Of a DNA stretch of 64,000 bases, positions 26,356-35,480 are shown piece after piece (the stretch's first letter is position 1; each line of letters begins with the position of its first letter). This DNA comes from Acidobacteriaceae bacterium (GTDB lineage: Bacteria; Acidobacteriota; Terriglobia; Bryobacterales; Bryobacteraceae): assembly GCA_020247055.1 (NCBI GenBank), contig JADCJL010000115.1, forward strand, positions 12,095 to 76,094, given 5' to 3'. Made by a program: the position numbers and the translations under genes. Below the pieces are notes generated by a model, which was not told the DNA's origin, did no database searches, and saw only the letters and a list, made by a program, of their open reading frames with translations.

Positions 26356-28634
26356 CGGGTGGCTACCTGGGAGCTGGATTTTTCGCGGGGTGTTTCGCCG
26401 CGGCGCATCTGGAATGGCAGACTGTGAACAATTTCTTTGACGAGCGCCTGGAACGGGTAGTTGGCGGGCGCGATCGCTTTCGTGATCGTCTCGACCGTCC
26501 TTCGATCATATCGCTCCAGACCGCGGCCGAGGGCGTAGGTCAACATCTTTTCGGTGACGCAGCGGGCGAAGTCGGGCAGTTCGGCCTGCAGGACGGTGCG
26601 CATCTGCGCGGGGTCCTGGAACGACTTGCCATTGGGCATGGTGCCGGAGGTGTCGAGGTCGAACTTGCCGTCTTTGGTGCGCCAGGTGCCGATGCCGTCG
26701 TAGTTTTCAAGGCCAAAGCCGAGGACGTCCATGCGGTTGTGGCAGGAGGCGCAGGTGGGGTTGGTGCGATGCTTCTCCATCTGCTGGCGGAGCGAGCCGG
26801 CGGTGGCCATCTTCTCTTCGTCGAGGGCGGGCACGTCGGGCGGCGGGGCCGGGGGCGGGGCGCCGAGGATGTTCTGCAGAATGTACTTGCCGCGGATGAC
26901 GGGCGAGGTGCGGGTGGGGTAGCTGGAGACGGTGAGGACGCTGGCGTGGGAGAGGATGCCGCCGCGCTGCGGGGTGGCCAACTCCACGCGGCGGAAGGCG
27001 GGGCCGGTGACCCCGTCGATGCCGTAGTGCTTGGCGAGAGTTTCGTTCAGAAACGTGAAGCGGGCGTCGAGGAACTCGGCCATCGGCCGGTTTTCGGTGA
27101 GCATGGCTTCAAAGAAGAGCCGGGTTTCGGCCTTCATCGCGTCGCGCAGTTCGGGGTTCCAGGCGGGGAACTTGCCGGGGTCCGGCTTCACGCTATCGAG
27201 ATTGCGAATTTCGAGCCACTGGCCGGCGAAGTTTTCGGCCAGCGCCGAGGCCTTGGGGTCGGCGAGCATCCGCTGGATCTGGGCGTTGAGGGCCGGGCGG
27301 AGTTTGCTGGTTTCGGCCAGGCGGAGCAGCTCTTCGTCGGGCATGGAGCTCCAGAGGAAGTAACTCAGGCGGGAGGCGAGTTCCAGATCGGTGACCGGGC
27401 GGGGAGTGACGGGGTCGGAGTCGCGCTCGACGCGGAACAGGAAGTGGGGGGAGACGAGGACGGCCTGGATGGCGAGTTGGAGGCCCTGTTCGGTGGAGAG
27501 TCCTTCCTGGCGGGCGAGGCCGACAAAGCGGGTGAGCTTGGCCACTTCGTCCTTGGCGACGGGACGGCGGTAGGCGCGGCGGGCGAGATTAGCCAGGATA
27601 CTTTCGATGCAGGCGTCGCCGGAGTTGGGGTCGCAGGTAAGGAGCTTTTTCCGGCTGGGGCGTTCGGTTTTCGCCGGGAAGGGGCCAATGAAGAGGATGG
27701 AATCGAGCCACTTGTTCTTCTTGTTGTTGTAGGCGTCCTTGTCGGAGAGATCCTTGACGAAAGGGTCGTCGATAAAGCCGGCGCGGAAGACGTGATCGCC
27801 TTCGGGCAGCAGGAGGCGCATCTCCTCCTCGGAGTAGGGGTTGAAGTAGACGAGCTTCGATGGCTTCGTTTCGGCGGTGATGGTGTGGAGGAGTTTGCCG
27901 TCCATCCAGAGGCCGAGCTTGACGGGCGGGGCGTCGGCCGAGCGTTCACCGGGCAGACCGAAGCGGATGGTGTATTCGCCTTCGAAATCGACGCGGTGGC
28001 TGGCTTCAATGGTGCTGCGGTCGATGCGGCGAATGGCCTTATCGCGATTGTGATAGAGCTTTTCGACGGGCTTGGGCAGGGGGTCGGCGCCGATGGCGCG
28101 GGCGGCGATGCGTTCGGCGGCGTTGAGGTACTTCTCCATCAGGATGGGCGATATGGTGAGGACGTCGCCGATGTTATCGAAGCCGTGGCCGGAGTCGTCG
28201 GTGGGGAAGTCGCGATCGGCGCGGAACTCAACGGCGAGCAGGTCGCGGATGGTGTTGGTGTACTCGTTGCGGTTGAGGCGGCGGGCGGTGACGCGGCCGG
28301 GGTCGGGCTTGACGAGTTTGTCCGCGCGGGCGAACTCGGCGGTGACGTAGGTAAGGAGCGCTTCCGTCTGCGCCGTCGTCGGGCGGGGCATGCCTTTGGG
28401 GGGCATTTCGCCGGTGCGGATTTTCTGGATGATCCGCTCCCAGTCGTCGCGATTGGAGGCGAGGGTAGCCGGGTTTTGGAAGGGGACGATGTTCAGGCCG
28501 CCGGCGGCGGAGCGGTCGTTGTGGCAGCCGACGCAGGATTGATTGATAACGGGCTGCACGGAGCGCTCAAAGCTGGGCGTTTGGCCCAGGGCGGCGACGG
28601 CGAACAGGCTCAACGGGAGGGCGGGAAGACGCAT
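26352..28634 (-). CDS. DUF1587/DUF1592/DUF1595/DUF1588/DUF1585-type protein with an N-terminal CxxCH motif
   Basis: ATG at 28634 gives MRLPALPLSLFAVAALGQ. SCVGCHNDRSAAGGLNI, GEMPPKG and a C-terminal CASCHNRMDVLGFGLENYD are present. The TTG extension to 28682 runs up to the tRNA, so I rejected it. Confidence 0.85.
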   Translation of the reverse strand: MRLPALPLSLFAVAALGQTPSFERSVQPVINQSCVGCHNDRSAAGGLNIVPFQNPATLASNRDDWERIIQKIRTGEMPPKGMPRPTTAQTEALLTYVTAEFARADKLVKPDPGRVTARRLNRNEYTNTIRDLLAVEFRADRDFPTDDSGHGFDNIGDVLTISPILMEKYLNAAERIAARAIGADPLPKPVEKLYHNRDKAIRRIDRSTIEASHRVDFEGEYTIRFGLPGERSADAPPVKLGLWMDGKLLHTITAETKPSKLVYFNPYSEEEMRLLLPEGDHVFRAGFIDDPFVKDLSDKDAYNNKKNKWLDSILFIGPFPAKTERPSRKKLLTCDPNSGDACIESILANLARRAYRRPVAKDEVAKLTRFVGLARQEGLSTEQGLQLAIQAVLVSPHFLFRVERDSDPVTPRPVTDLELASRLSYFLWSSMPDEELLRLAETSKLRPALNAQIQRMLADPKASALAENFAGQWLEIRNLDSVKPDPGKFPAWNPELRDAMKAETRLFFEAMLTENRPMAEFLDARFTFLNETLAKHYGIDGVTGPAFRRVELATPQRGGILSHASVLTVSSYPTRTSPVIRGKYILQNILGAPPPAPPPDVPALDEEKMATAGSLRQQMEKHRTNPTCASCHNRMDVLGFGLENYDGIGTWRTKDGKFDLDTSGTMPNGKSFQDPAQMRTVLQAELPDFARCVTEKMLTYALGRGLERYDRRTVETITKAIAPANYPFQALVKEIVHSLPFQMRRGETPREKSSSQVATR

Positions 28635-28704
28635 CGTTACCCTCAGGATAACGTTTTTCAAGCGCCCGACGTTACCGCGCAAGCGGAAACGGGAAGAAGA
28701 AAGG

Positions 28705-28778
28705 TGGCTGGGAGACAGGGATTCGAACCCCGATAGGCAGAGTCAGAGTCTGCAGTCCTACCATTAGACGATCTCCCA
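28705..28778 (-). tRNA. tRNA-Gln (anticodon CUG), CCA encoded
   Basis: The minus strand reads TGGGAGATCGTCTAATGGTAGGACTGCAGACTCTGACTCTGCCTATCGGGGTTCGAATCCCTGTCTCCCAGCCA. The acceptor stem is 7 bp, the anticodon stem is GCAGA/TCTGC with loop CTCTGAC, and the T-loop is TTCGAAT. Confidence 0.9.
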
Positions 28779-28801
28779 GTGGCAGGCGACACTTCAGTTT
28801 A

Positions 28802-30331
28802 CTACGAAGCCAGCTGCAGCGCCAAGTCGCGACCGTAGATTTGCTGAAAGAGATCGGCGACGCGCTCTCCGGCCCAGAGCTCGAGGTTGATGTCGCCCTC
28901 CTCTTCAAGAAGGATGGTGACGGTTTTCGGGGTGATCTGGACGCGGGCGGATTCGGCGTGGTGGTCCGGGCTGCCGGCGAGGCTATCGGCGAGGCGGACG
29001 ATGGGGACGAGCCAGAGGACGGTTTTCTTGACGGCGGCAGTGAGGTCCTGGAAGAATCCGTGGCGGGCGCTGGGCATGGACTTGCGGTGGAAGCGGCACA
29101 GGAGGGCGATGGTGAGGCGCTCTTCGTTGGTGAAGGCGGGCAGGTCGCCGTTGGCGACGAGGTAATAGCTGTGTTTGTGGTGCGCCATGTCGCTGACGTA
29201 GTGGCCGGAGTCGAGCAGGTAGGCGGCGGCCTCGAGGAGGCGGCCGGCGGCGGGGGGAAGCTGGTGGAGGGGTTGGAGGCCGACGAAGAGGGAGTTGGCG
29301 AGGCGGGCGGTTTGGCGGGCGTGCTTCATATCGACGGCAAAGCGGCGGGCCATGGCTTCGACGGCGTTCCGCTGTTCGCGGTTCATGCGGGTGAGGTCGC
29401 TGCCGCTGCGGCGGTCGGCGAGGTCGGCGATGATGCCGTCGCGGACGCCGGCGGCGGAGTAGAAGACCTCGCTTTGGCCGTAGGCCTTCAGGATGCGGTG
29501 GAGGACACTGACGCCGGCGATGATGATTTCGGCGCGGCGGGGGCCGATGCCGGGGACTTTGCGGCGGGCGGCGAGAGAGGACTTGGCGAGGAAGTTTTCA
29601 AGGTCAGCGATGTCGGTGGTTTGCGCGGAGAGGTGGTCGGCGCGGTCGCGTTCTTTACGGGGGACCTTGTTGAGGGCGCTGATGACGGCGGCGGCGGTGG
29701 AGGAGGTGGCGATGGCGCGATCGAAAGGGCCGGGGCCGGTGCGTTTCAGGGCGGGGGCGAGTTTCTCGTCGATGTAGGCGGCGAGGCGTTCGCGCTGTTC
29801 GCGGGCCGGGGGGTCGGCATCGAGGAACATTTCGGTGAGGCGGACGGCGCCGAGGGGGCGGGAGATAGCGCTTTCGAGTCTGCCGTCGTTGGAGACGATG
29901 ACTTCGGCGCTGCCGCCGCCGATGTCGATGAGGAGGACGCGCTCGTCCGGGTGGGGCCAGGCGGCGTGAACGCCGGCGTGGATAAGGCGGGACTCTTCGA
30001 GGCCGGAGATGATTTCGACGGGCGCGCCGAGGGCCTGGCCGGCGCGGTAGAGGAACTCGTCCTGGTTGCGGGCGTCGCGGACGGCGCTGGTGGCGACAGC
30101 GCGGACGCCGGTGGCGCCGAGGCGGTGGTAGGTGGCGGCGAAGCGGGTGAGGGTGCGGACCAGCAGATCCATGGCGTCGCGGGAGATGACGCCTTCGGTG
30201 AAGACGCTGGTGCCGAGGCGGGTGACCTCACGTTCGGCGGCGAGAGTTTTTACGGGCTCACCCGGGTTGACCTCGGCTACGGCGAGGCGGGTGGAGTTGC
30301 TTCCAATATCGATGGCGGCGTAGCGCGGCAT
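28802..30331 (-). CDS. ppx: exopolyphosphatase / guanosine pentaphosphate phosphohydrolase (Ppx/GppA family)
   Basis: AAIDIGSNSTRLAVAE, LLIDIGGGSAEV and a C-terminal HD-like region (HHKHSYYLV) support the family. Confidence 0.9.
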   Translation of the reverse strand: MPRYAAIDIGSNSTRLAVAEVNPGEPVKTLAAEREVTRLGTSVFTEGVISRDAMDLLVRTLTRFAATYHRLGATGVRAVATSAVRDARNQDEFLYRAGQALGAPVEIISGLEESRLIHAGVHAAWPHPDERVLLIDIGGGSAEVIVSNDGRLESAISRPLGAVRLTEMFLDADPPAREQRERLAAYIDEKLAPALKRTGPGPFDRAIATSSTAAAVISALNKVPRKERDRADHLSAQTTDIADLENFLAKSSLAARRKVPGIGPRRAEIIIAGVSVLHRILKAYGQSEVFYSAAGVRDGIIADLADRRSGSDLTRMNREQRNAVEAMARRFAVDMKHARQTARLANSLFVGLQPLHQLPPAAGRLLEAAAYLLDSGHYVSDMAHHKHSYYLVANGDLPAFTNEERLTIALLCRFHRKSMPSARHGFFQDLTAAVKKTVLWLVPIVRLADSLAGSPDHHAESARVQITPKTVTILLEEEGDINLELWAGERVADLFQQIYGRDLALQLAS

Positions 30332-30392
30332 GGGTCTCCTTCATCATAAAGGGGTGCGGGGCGTGCGGATATAATTGTCAAAGCTTATTCCC

Positions 30393-31124
30393 ATGCAATA
30401 CCTGACGCCGAACCGATTCAAGGGCAAGTTGATTGTCGTCGAAGGCATTGATGGCTCGGGCAAGTCGACGCAGTTGGCGCTGTTGAGCCAGTGGCTGCGG
30501 GCGCAGGGTTTGGCGGTGGCGTTCAGCGAGTGGAACTCTTCGCCGCTGGTGAGCGACACGACGCGGCGGGGCAAGAAGAAGATGATGTTCACCCCGACGA
30601 CGTTCAGCCTGATTCACGCCACGGACTTTGCCGACCGGCAGGAGCGCTACATCATCCCGATGCTGAAAGCCGGGGCGGTGGTGTGCGCCGACCGGTTTGC
30701 CTATACGGCCTTTGCGCGCGACGTGGTGCGCGGGGTATCACCGCGTTGGGTGCGGAATCTCTACCGTTTCGCCATTCAGCCCAATCTGGCGTTCTACTTC
30801 CGGGTGCCGCTTGAAGTGGCGCTGGGGCGGATTCTGGGCGGTCGGGATGCGATCAAGTACTACGAAGCGGGGATGGATTTGAATCTGTCGAAGCGGGTGG
30901 AGGAGTCGTTCCGGATCTTTCAGGGCCGGATTCTCGAGCAGTATGAGGCGATGATCGAGGAGATGGGGTTTCATGTCATCGACGCCTCGCGGTCGATTGA
31001 GGAGCAGCAGTTTCAAATGCGCCGGATTGTGATGGAGCAGTTGGGCGATGCCGTCGCCAGCGGACAGATTCTGAATCAGGAGGGGACGGTCCATGCCTAC
31101 GAAGCAGCCACTCCAGTTCTATAG
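30393..31124 (+). CDS. thymidylate-kinase-like P-loop kinase (intact Walker A)
   Basis: I prefer the ATG at 30393 over the TTG at 30375. The gene has an intact P-loop (LIVVEGIDGSGKST) and a DRY-type motif (CADRFAYTAFA). Confidence 0.7.
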   Translation: MQYLTPNRFKGKLIVVEGIDGSGKSTQLALLSQWLRAQGLAVAFSEWNSSPLVSDTTRRGKKKMMFTPTTFSLIHATDFADRQERYIIPMLKAGAVVCADRFAYTAFARDVVRGVSPRWVRNLYRFAIQPNLAFYFRVPLEVALGRILGGRDAIKYYEAGMDLNLSKRVEESFRIFQGRILEQYEAMIEEMGFHVIDASRSIEEQQFQMRRIVMEQLGDAVASGQILNQEGTVHAYEAATPVL

Positions 31125-31818
31125 CGAGCCGCTGCCCGGGGTGGACATCTCGGAGCTACAGGGGAAGCTGATTGTGGTGGAGGGGCCGGACGCGGTGGGC
31201 CGCAGCACGCAGGTGGCGCGGTTGAAAGCGTGGCTGGAGCAGCAGGGGCACGCGGTGCTCGATACGGGCATGGCGCGAAGCGCGCTGGCGGGTAAAGGGA
31301 TCGCGCAGGCCAAAGAGGGGCACACGCTGGGTTCGGTGACGATGACGTTGTTCTACGCCACCGACTTCGCCGATCGCCTGGAGAACGAGATAATTCCGGC
31401 GCTGCGGGCGGGATTTGTCGTGCTGACCGACCGGTACATTTTTTCGCTGATGGCGCGGGGCATTGCGCGGGGCGAGGACAGTTCGTGGCTTGAAAAAGTG
31501 GCCGGCTTCGCCCTCGTGCCCCACGCGGTGTACTACCTGCGGGCGGAGGTGCCGACGCTGATTACGCGGACCGTGATGGGCCGCGGGCAGTTCGACTTCT
31601 GGGAGAGCGGCATGGACATGCGGTTTGGCCCGGACATGTACGACAGCTTCGTGCGCTATCAGGCGCGGGTGATCCGCGCACTCGACCGGATGTCGATGCG
31701 CTACGGCTTCGTCACCGTGGACGCGGCCAAGCCGGCCGATAAGATCTTCCTCGAATTGCAGCGCCACATTGCCGGGCACTTTGCCCCGAAGAAGCGGCCC
31801 GCGCGGAAGGCGACTTAA
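31093..31818 (+). CDS. thymidylate-kinase-like paralog with a degenerate P-loop (Lys replaced by Arg)
   Basis: LIVVEGPDAVGRST replaces GxxGxGKST, while the DRY motif (TDRYIFSLMA) is retained. The gene overlaps the preceding paralog by 32 nt. Confidence 0.65.
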   Translation: MPTKQPLQFYSEPLPGVDISELQGKLIVVEGPDAVGRSTQVARLKAWLEQQGHAVLDTGMARSALAGKGIAQAKEGHTLGSVTMTLFYATDFADRLENEIIPALRAGFVVLTDRYIFSLMARGIARGEDSSWLEKVAGFALVPHAVYYLRAEVPTLITRTVMGRGQFDFWESGMDMRFGPDMYDSFVRYQARVIRALDRMSMRYGFVTVDAAKPADKIFLELQRHIAGHFAPKKRPARKAT

Positions 31819-32516
31819 TGCTGGCGGGAATTTTTCTGTCGATTCCGTGCCCGGACGTGGTGGAGATGGCGAGCCTGGCCGGCTGGGATTTTGTCGTGAT
31901 CGACACCGAACACGGCGCGATGGGGACCGCGCAGTTGCCGAACATGCTGCGGGCGGCGCGGGTGCCGGCGATTGTGCGGGTGGCGGGGCGGGCGGATGTG
32001 CTGCAGGGCGCGCTCGACGCGGGGGCCGACGGCGTGCTGGTGCCGCAGATCCATACGGCGGAGGAGGCGGCGGCGGTGGTGTCGGCGAGCCGGTTTCATC
32101 CGCGGGGGAAGCGCGGGTTGAACGGATTTGTGCGGGCAGCGGGCTATTCGCTGGTGCCGCTCGAGGACTATATCAAACGGCCGGTGCGGGTGGTGATTCA
32201 GATTGAGACGGTAGGGGCGCTAGCGGCGGTGGAGGCGATTGCGGGGCTGGCGGGCGTGGATGAGCTGTTCATTGGGCCGTACGATCTTTCGCAGGCGCTG
32301 GGCCGGCCGGGCGATGTGATGCACGCCGACGTCTTGGGCGCGGGACAGCGGGTGATTGACGCCGCCCATGCCGCGGGCATTGCCGTCAGCGCGTTTGCCA
32401 ATAGCCGCGAGGCCGCCGACCGCTGGCGGGAGATGGGGGTGGACCGGCTGATGTACTCGGCCGACGCCAACATTCTGGCGCAGGCGCTGCGGCGGGTACG
32501 CGACGAGTTGCGCTAA
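31818..32516 (+). CDS. HpcH/HpaI-family aldolase (short N-terminus)
   Basis: GWDFVVIDTEHG, LVPQIHTAEEA, the VIQIETVGA motif and FIGPYDLS are present. The start overlaps the preceding stop (TAATG). Confidence 0.85.
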   Translation: MLAGIFLSIPCPDVVEMASLAGWDFVVIDTEHGAMGTAQLPNMLRAARVPAIVRVAGRADVLQGALDAGADGVLVPQIHTAEEAAAVVSASRFHPRGKRGLNGFVRAAGYSLVPLEDYIKRPVRVVIQIETVGALAAVEAIAGLAGVDELFIGPYDLSQALGRPGDVMHADVLGAGQRVIDAAHAAGIAVSAFANSREAADRWREMGVDRLMYSADANILAQALRRVRDELR

Positions 32517-32971
32517 GCGGCCGGGAAGTACCGGCCCTTGGGATAAAGGGAAACGATGGCGACCACGGTGGCGTCGATCTTTGTGGTCAGCTTCCACTGG
32601 GGGCAGCCGGCGCCGGGGGGATACTGGTGATCGTTGTCGAGAGAGGCATTGTGGCCGATAGCCGGGAAGACTTTAACCAGGCGGTCGCCGCCGGTGGCGG
32701 CAAACGAAGCCGCGGCCATTTGCGTTACCTTGTTGACGTCAACGCCCGTGGGAGGCGTGGCCCGATGGTCGGCGACCTGGGAGTAGCCGGCGAGGCTGAA
32801 CTCGCCGGGCTGGGGCACACGATCCAGTTTCAGAAAGGTCGCCCCGTTGGCGAGACGACCGGGATGATAACCGAGAATTTTTTCAATCTCCTCGAGAGTG
32901 CGCCCTTTGAGGAACTTTTCTTTGGTGACGTAGCCGGAGACTTGGACCTTTGCGCCGAGAGAGAGTGTCAT
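32513..32971 (-). CDS. hypothetical cytoplasmic protein (152 aa), family not recognised
   Basis: It is a clean ORF with balanced composition and no signal peptide. It lies convergent with the aldolase gene and overlaps it by 4 nt. Confidence 0.5.
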   Translation of the reverse strand: MTLSLGAKVQVSGYVTKEKFLKGRTLEEIEKILGYHPGRLANGATFLKLDRVPQPGEFSLAGYSQVADHRATPPTGVDVNKVTQMAAASFAATGGDRLVKVFPAIGHNASLDNDHQYPPGAGCPQWKLTTKIDATVVAIVSLYPKGRYFPAA

Positions 32972-32990
32972 ACCCTAACTAACGCGGAAA

Positions 32991-34031
32991 TCAGTAGCCT
33001 TTCCCCTTATCGACAACGTTCATTAACTCCATGCCGAGCGAGTAGCGGCGAAGGTTTTCGCTGAACAGGTCGACGAGGCGGCGCTGGCGGTCGGGGCCCC
33101 AGCCGGAGGTGTGGGCGGTCATGACCACATTGGGCGCATCGAAGATGGGATGGTCGGCCGGGGGCGGCTCCTGCGGGAAAACGTCGAGGCCGGCGCCGCC
33201 GATCCAGCCTTCCTTGAGCGCTTTGACGAGCGCCATGTCGTCGAACAGATCGCCGCGGCTCATGCCGAGGAAGATGGCGTGCTTCTGCATTTTGCGGAAG
33301 ACGCTTTCGTTGAACATGCGGCGAGTTTTCGGGGTGGAGGGCGCGGCGCTGACGAGGACGTCAACGCGCGGGACCATCTCCATGAGCCACGACGGGTCGT
33401 GCAGCTCTTCGACCCATTCGGGCTTGTGCATGGGCTTGGCGTCGGTGGCGAGCACTTTCATGTCGAAGCCGAAGTGCGCGCGGCGGCCGATCTCATAGCC
33501 GATGCCGCCGAAGCCGACCAGGCCGATGGTACGGCCGCCGAGCTCCCAATGGTCGGGGCTCTTGACGGTGCCGACGGGCTTCATCTGCCGCTTGGCGAAC
33601 TGAGGCATGTAGTACTTGGTGATGCCGCGCGTGAGGCAGAGCAGCAGGCCCATGGCGGTTTCGGCGATGCCGGGGGCGAAGATGCGGGCCATGTTGGTGA
33701 ACAGGATGGGGCTGGCCATAAACTTCGGGTCGGCGCTTTCCACACCGGCGCCCGGGGACTGGACCCACTTCACTTTCGGGGCGAAATCGAGGTCGGCGCC
33801 GGAGAGGCCGCCGTAGACGATGTCGGCGTCGCGGAGCTCTTTGCGAAAGGCTTCGCGGTCTTTGGCGACGACAATGCGGATAGGTACGGCCTTGCCCTGA
33901 GTGAGCTTGGCGAGTTCGGCGGGTTCGAACTCCACGGTGCTGAGAACTTTCAACGGGCCGGTCTGCGCCGCCGCAATCTGGGGAGCGGCCGCGAGGCCGG
34001 AGGCTTGGAGCACTGTACGCCGGGTAATCAT
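32991..34031 (-). CDS. D-isomer-specific 2-hydroxyacid dehydrogenase family protein with a Tat-like signal
   Basis: I used the internal ATG at 34031, giving MITRRTVLQASGLAAAPQIAAAQ. The NAD-binding site is GLVGFGGIGYEIG, and GMSRG, LDVF and the MTAHTSG catalytic region are present. Confidence 0.85.
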   Translation of the reverse strand: MITRRTVLQASGLAAAPQIAAAQTGPLKVLSTVEFEPAELAKLTQGKAVPIRIVVAKDREAFRKELRDADIVYGGLSGADLDFAPKVKWVQSPGAGVESADPKFMASPILFTNMARIFAPGIAETAMGLLLCLTRGITKYYMPQFAKRQMKPVGTVKSPDHWELGGRTIGLVGFGGIGYEIGRRAHFGFDMKVLATDAKPMHKPEWVEELHDPSWLMEMVPRVDVLVSAAPSTPKTRRMFNESVFRKMQKHAIFLGMSRGDLFDDMALVKALKEGWIGGAGLDVFPQEPPPADHPIFDAPNVVMTAHTSGWGPDRQRRLVDLFSENLRRYSLGMELMNVVDKGKGY

Positions 34032-34049
34032 GTGTGTTGTTCTATCACA

Positions 34050-35480
34050 ATGAGTCTTCCTATTTGGAGCAGGGGCGCGCAAGCGGCGGCGGCGCTGCTC
34101 ATCAGCCTGGCGGGAGGTTTGCTTCCGGCCCAGGTAACTACCAAGGTCGATCTGCACGCCGAGCGCCTCGGGGCCGTTTCGCGGCAGATCTGGGAGTTGG
34201 CCGAGGTCGGCTACAAGGAGCAGAAAAGCTCGGCCCTGCTGCAGGAGGAGCTCCGGCGGGCCGGGTTCTCCGTCGAGTCCGGCACCGGCGGCATCCCCAC
34301 CGCCTTCGTCGCCACCTACGGCACGGGCAAACCGGTGATCGGTCTGATGGCCGAATACGACGCGCTGCCCGGCCTGTCGCAGGAGGACACGCCGCAACGC
34401 GCCCCGCGCCAAGCCAACGCCCCCGGCCACGGCTGCGGCCATAACCTGCTCGGCGCCGGCTCCGTGCTCGCCGCCATCGCCCTCAAAGAGCAGGGCTTCC
34501 GCGGCACCTTGAAGGTATTCGGCACCCCGGCCGAAGAGGGCGGCGGCGGCAAGGTCTATATGATCCGCGCTGGAGCGTTCGCCGGCGTCGACGCCGTACT
34601 CGCCTGGCACCCCGGCGACGCCAACCAGGCCAGCCTGCGCACCACCCTCGCCAACATCACCGCCAAGTTCCGCTTCCGCGGCGTGGCCGCCCACGCGGCC
34701 GTGAACCCGGAGCAGGGCCGCTCCGCGCTCGACGCCGTCATGCTCTTCAATCACGCCATCGACCTGCTGCGCGAACACGTGCCGCAGGAGACCCGCCTGC
34801 ACTACATCATCACGCAGGGCGGCGTGGCGCCCAACGTTGTGCCCGACTTCGCCGAAGTCTATGTCTACGCCCGCCACCCGTCGATGAAGGTGCTCGACAA
34901 CGTCTGGTCCCGCATCGAAAAGGCCGCCGCCGGCGCCGCGCTCGCCACCGAGACCCGCCAGGAGATGGCCATCCAGTCCGCCGTCTACAACATGCTCCCC
35001 AACGATGCCCTCGCCGCGCTCTACGACCGGCACCTGCGGGTGCTCGGCGGTATCCAATACGGCGCCGGAGAAAAGGAGTTCGCCGCGAAGCTGCGCACCA
35101 CGCTGTTCGCCGAACCGGAGCTGGCGCTGGGCAGCGAGGCGCGGATTCAACCCATCGCGCAAGGGGCCGGCGCCGGGTCCACCGACGCCGCGGACGTCTC
35201 CTGGGTGGTGCCCACCTCCGAACTCAGCGTCGCCACCTTCGCCCCGGGCATCCCCTTTCACTCCTGGCAGTCGACGGCCTGCGCCGGCATGAGCATCGGC
35301 CGCAAGGGCATGGTGCTCGCCGCCAAGGTGCTGGCCCTGACGGCGATGGATCTCTTTACCGAACCCGCGCAGTTGACCGCCGTCCGCCAGGCCTTCGACC
35401 AGCGCCGCGCCGGCTTTGCCTACCAGTCGCGCCTGCCGCAGGACGCCAAGCCGCCGCTCAACTACCGCGACAGCAAGTGA
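34050..35480 (+). CDS. M20-family amidohydrolase (AbgB/aminobenzoyl-glutamate-utilisation-like), exported
   Basis: I used the internal ATG at 34050, giving MSLPIWSRGAQAAAALLISLAGG. AEYDALPG, GHGCGHNLLG and GTPAEEGGGGK are present. Confidence 0.88.
   Translation: MSLPIWSRGAQAAAALLISLAGGLLPAQVTTKVDLHAERLGAVSRQIWELAEVGYKEQKSSALLQEELRRAGFSVESGTGGIPTAFVATYGTGKPVIGLMAEYDALPGLSQEDTPQRAPRQANAPGHGCGHNLLGAGSVLAAIALKEQGFRGTLKVFGTPAEEGGGGKVYMIRAGAFAGVDAVLAWHPGDANQASLRTTLANITAKFRFRGVAAHAAVNPEQGRSALDAVMLFNHAIDLLREHVPQETRLHYIITQGGVAPNVVPDFAEVYVYARHPSMKVLDNVWSRIEKAAAGAALATETRQEMAIQSAVYNMLPNDALAALYDRHLRVLGGIQYGAGEKEFAAKLRTTLFAEPELALGSEARIQPIAQGAGAGSTDAADVSWVVPTSELSVATFAPGIPFHSWQSTACAGMSIGRKGMVLAAKVLALTAMDLFTEPAQLTAVRQAFDQRRAGFAYQSRLPQDAKPPLNYRDSK

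Noticed and set aside
28635-28682. A TTG-initiated extension of the DUF1592-type gene.
   Set aside because: It runs to within about 22 nt of the tRNA-Gln 3' end. The ATG at 28634 gives a proper signal peptide.
28705-28778. tRNA-Gln as a possible genomic-island integration site.
   Set aside because: I found no integrase, no direct repeat of the tRNA 3' end and no compositional break on either side. The flanking genes are ordinary chromosomal genes.
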